Shown here in pieces: positions 61,880 through 64,000 of a DNA stretch of 64,000 bases (positions are counted from its first letter, which is position 1; every line of letters starts with the position of its first letter). The notes beneath the pieces were generated by a model. That model made no database searches. It saw only the letters and a list, made by a program, of their open reading frames with translations, and had not been told where the DNA came from. The stretch comes from Fimbriosthenelais zetlandica (Eukaryota), in assembly GCA_977030845.1 (NCBI GenBank), contig OZ365116.1, forward strand, positions 3,038,001-3,102,000, written 5' to 3'. The position numbers and the translations under genes are program-made.

Positions 61880-63584
61880 TATTCATTACAATATATTCAC
61901 ATATACAGATACATCGGGTCAGTAAACAATCTTGCCATTTGTAAATATTTCGGATTATCAGGGAAAGATCCAGCTAGATGACCGTGATTCAGAATTCAAC
62001 CAAATTATATAACCTTAAATAATCATTCAAAAATGTGAAAATAATAATGAGGTGAACAAAATGCTTTTGTAGAGATTAAGCTGTTTGGAGATATATATAT
62101 ACCGGGTTATATAAATTCTACTTAATTTGGGTGATGGTAGGAATAACTGAAATTCAAAATAATAGAGATTTAGAGGACTTGCCAGAGATTAAAAAACCTG
62201 CAGAAAATATTAACAATCAAACTAAACTATCTTTGGTTATGATAAATGTAGGTGGCTTCATCATTCATTGAAGAGTCCCATAGAAATTAAAAACAAATTC
62301 ATAATTGAATCGAAGTGTAAGTGGAATATTTCCGTAGAACTTTTTCAAGTAATCTTTCTGATATTTTTGTCCAACCTAAACCTCTGTGTTCACAGTTCTA
62401 ATGTATTTGAAAACTTGAATTATAATCAGGATTATAATAGAAGATTAGGGTGGAGTTGGGGTGTATACGTACAGCCGTAGACTAGAGATGGAGGTGCCGT
62501 CCATTTGTACAGCATCAGGGCCAGTAATCAATGTCCTCAAAGCTAAAATAGAAAATCTCTTTTGTGTGAGGAAGTTTTAAACTTGCTTCCTCAGACAGAT
62601 ATCTTTATACCACGCAAAGATGTGAGTGTTGGATGTTAGATCTCAGATTTTACACTTTGTGAACTTCTATCCGGTTGTAGAACACCATATGGAGTGTCAG
62701 TATTGCACCGTGAGATGGTCGTGTTATTGAGTATGGTCGTATTATTAAAACTTCTCAAGTTATTGGTCGGATTTTGAAATGCTCGCTTTAGTGAGATGCG
62801 AGACTCCACAGTTGGTTGCCATTACATGTAATGTAAAACATATTTAATAATTATTAATATTTAATACCAACTGGTTAGAGGGTTTATCAGCTTTATAGGA
62901 GTTCTTACATGACTGGACATAATAAGTATTTTTCACTTTGTAAATGTATGTTTGAGAGACGAGGAATGAAGCGATTGTCTAATTTCTATTCAATTTCTAA
63001 CCAAGAGCTCAGTGTAATCGTTTATATATAAACGAATGAAAGGCGTGATATTGTATTTTTTTTTATTTGGCAAGAGTGAAAGACGTCATTTTGAAATAGC
63101 AAAGATAGAAAAATTTCTATCCTGATCACAATGTAGTAGCGTAAATAGTTAATGCTATTTACCGTGTTTATAATTATACAAATTGACATTGATCGAAAAC
63201 TTTATATTATTGATGAATGCACTACAAATAAGATAAACTCTAGATGCCTTACAAAGTGATGAACGATCAATGGTCAATTTTGGCACAAGGTGAGAGAGTT
63301 AGCGGTGATTATTTTGTATTAATTATTAACATTTATATCACATAATGCCTACAGATGCTTCACACTAAGCCAGTTTTTCCATCGGTTGATCACATTTGAT
63401 ATCCGACCACTGAGTTCTTTAGTTCCAAATGAAAACCAGCTAAAAATCTTGGAAGAAATTTGATGAAAAATGTTACAAATTTTGGTGGGTTTTAGAGAGT
63501 AACTGGAGCCTAAGAGGATTCCAGTTTAGAGGCAACCGATGGTAAATTGGGCTGAGTGTGAGCCCGCCTATAATGAGAGTATAT

Positions 63585-63761
63585 CTATAACCTGGGGGTT
63601 GTGGCATGTTTTAACATGGGGTGAGTGACCGGCCATTCCCCGTCATCACCAGGATGTGAAGCACCTTCCTTTACTGGGTCCTCCTCCAGTTGATAGATCG
63701 GCATCTTCTTCCCCGTCACATTCAGTAACTTTAACTCTAACGGTCCTAACTGTAGGAAGTC
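63585..63761 (-). CDS. Possible terminal exon of an unidentified gene entering from beyond the window
   Basis: GC-richer block after pyrimidine-rich acceptors (ttgttatctag| at 63761, ttcctacag| at 63749). Frame A: DFLQLGPLELKLLNVTGKKMPIYQLEEDPVKEG...PRL*. Frame B: RTVRVKVTECDGEEDADLSTGGGPSKGRCFTSW*. No homologue recognised. Confidence 0.25.
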   Translation of the reverse strand, partial: DFLQLGPLELKLLNVTGKKMPIYQLEEDPVKEGASHPGDDGEWPVTHPMLKHATTPRL

Positions 63762-64000
63762 CTAGATAACAAAATACAGAAATCATATCTCAATACCAAG
63801 GTTGTTATCTCAAAGTTTTAAGAACCTTTTAACAAATATCCTGAAATTTAAAGAGAATTTATTATTGATAAGATAATAATTCAGCCTTCAAGAATGTAAT
63901 ACAAAGAGATCGTGGCAGACTTCTGAAGTTGGGAATATCTTTAGATGAATTGATGGGTCCATTACTTGGTTCACTATACTTACGCCATATTCTTCGTTCT

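Overview
Eukaryotic, intron-rich, AT-rich animal genomic DNA, probably an invertebrate bilaterian and perhaps a lophotrochozoan (inference from protein style and intron retention). It is not prokaryotic: I found no operons, rRNA, tRNA or CRISPR. Three spliced genes can be rebuilt by hand. (1) The 3' half of transportin-3 (TNPO3): + strand, 11 exons, 28830-51020. The preceding 28.8 kb has no recognisable TNPO3 exon and holds decayed, mostly antisense retroelements, MITEs and minisatellites. (2) An apparently uncharacterised 388-aa secreted protein: - strand, 4 exons, 57594-55592. It has a signal peptide, a Ly6/uPAR three-finger-like Cys domain and a long Gly-Asn/Tyr/Asp low-complexity tail; one of its splice acceptors is tandemly quadruplicated. 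(3) Mitochondrial pyruvate carrier 1 (MPC1): + strand, 59104-61102. Its frame only closes through a 4-nt microexon (CACT, 59848-59851), and a cluster of ERR/NR5A-type sites lies just upstream. Two minisatellite families each occur at two distant sites; one pair is inverted and brackets five TNPO3 exons. Gene calls come from manual translation and remembered homologue sequences. TE calls rest on short degenerate motifs and are low confidence. No database search was run.
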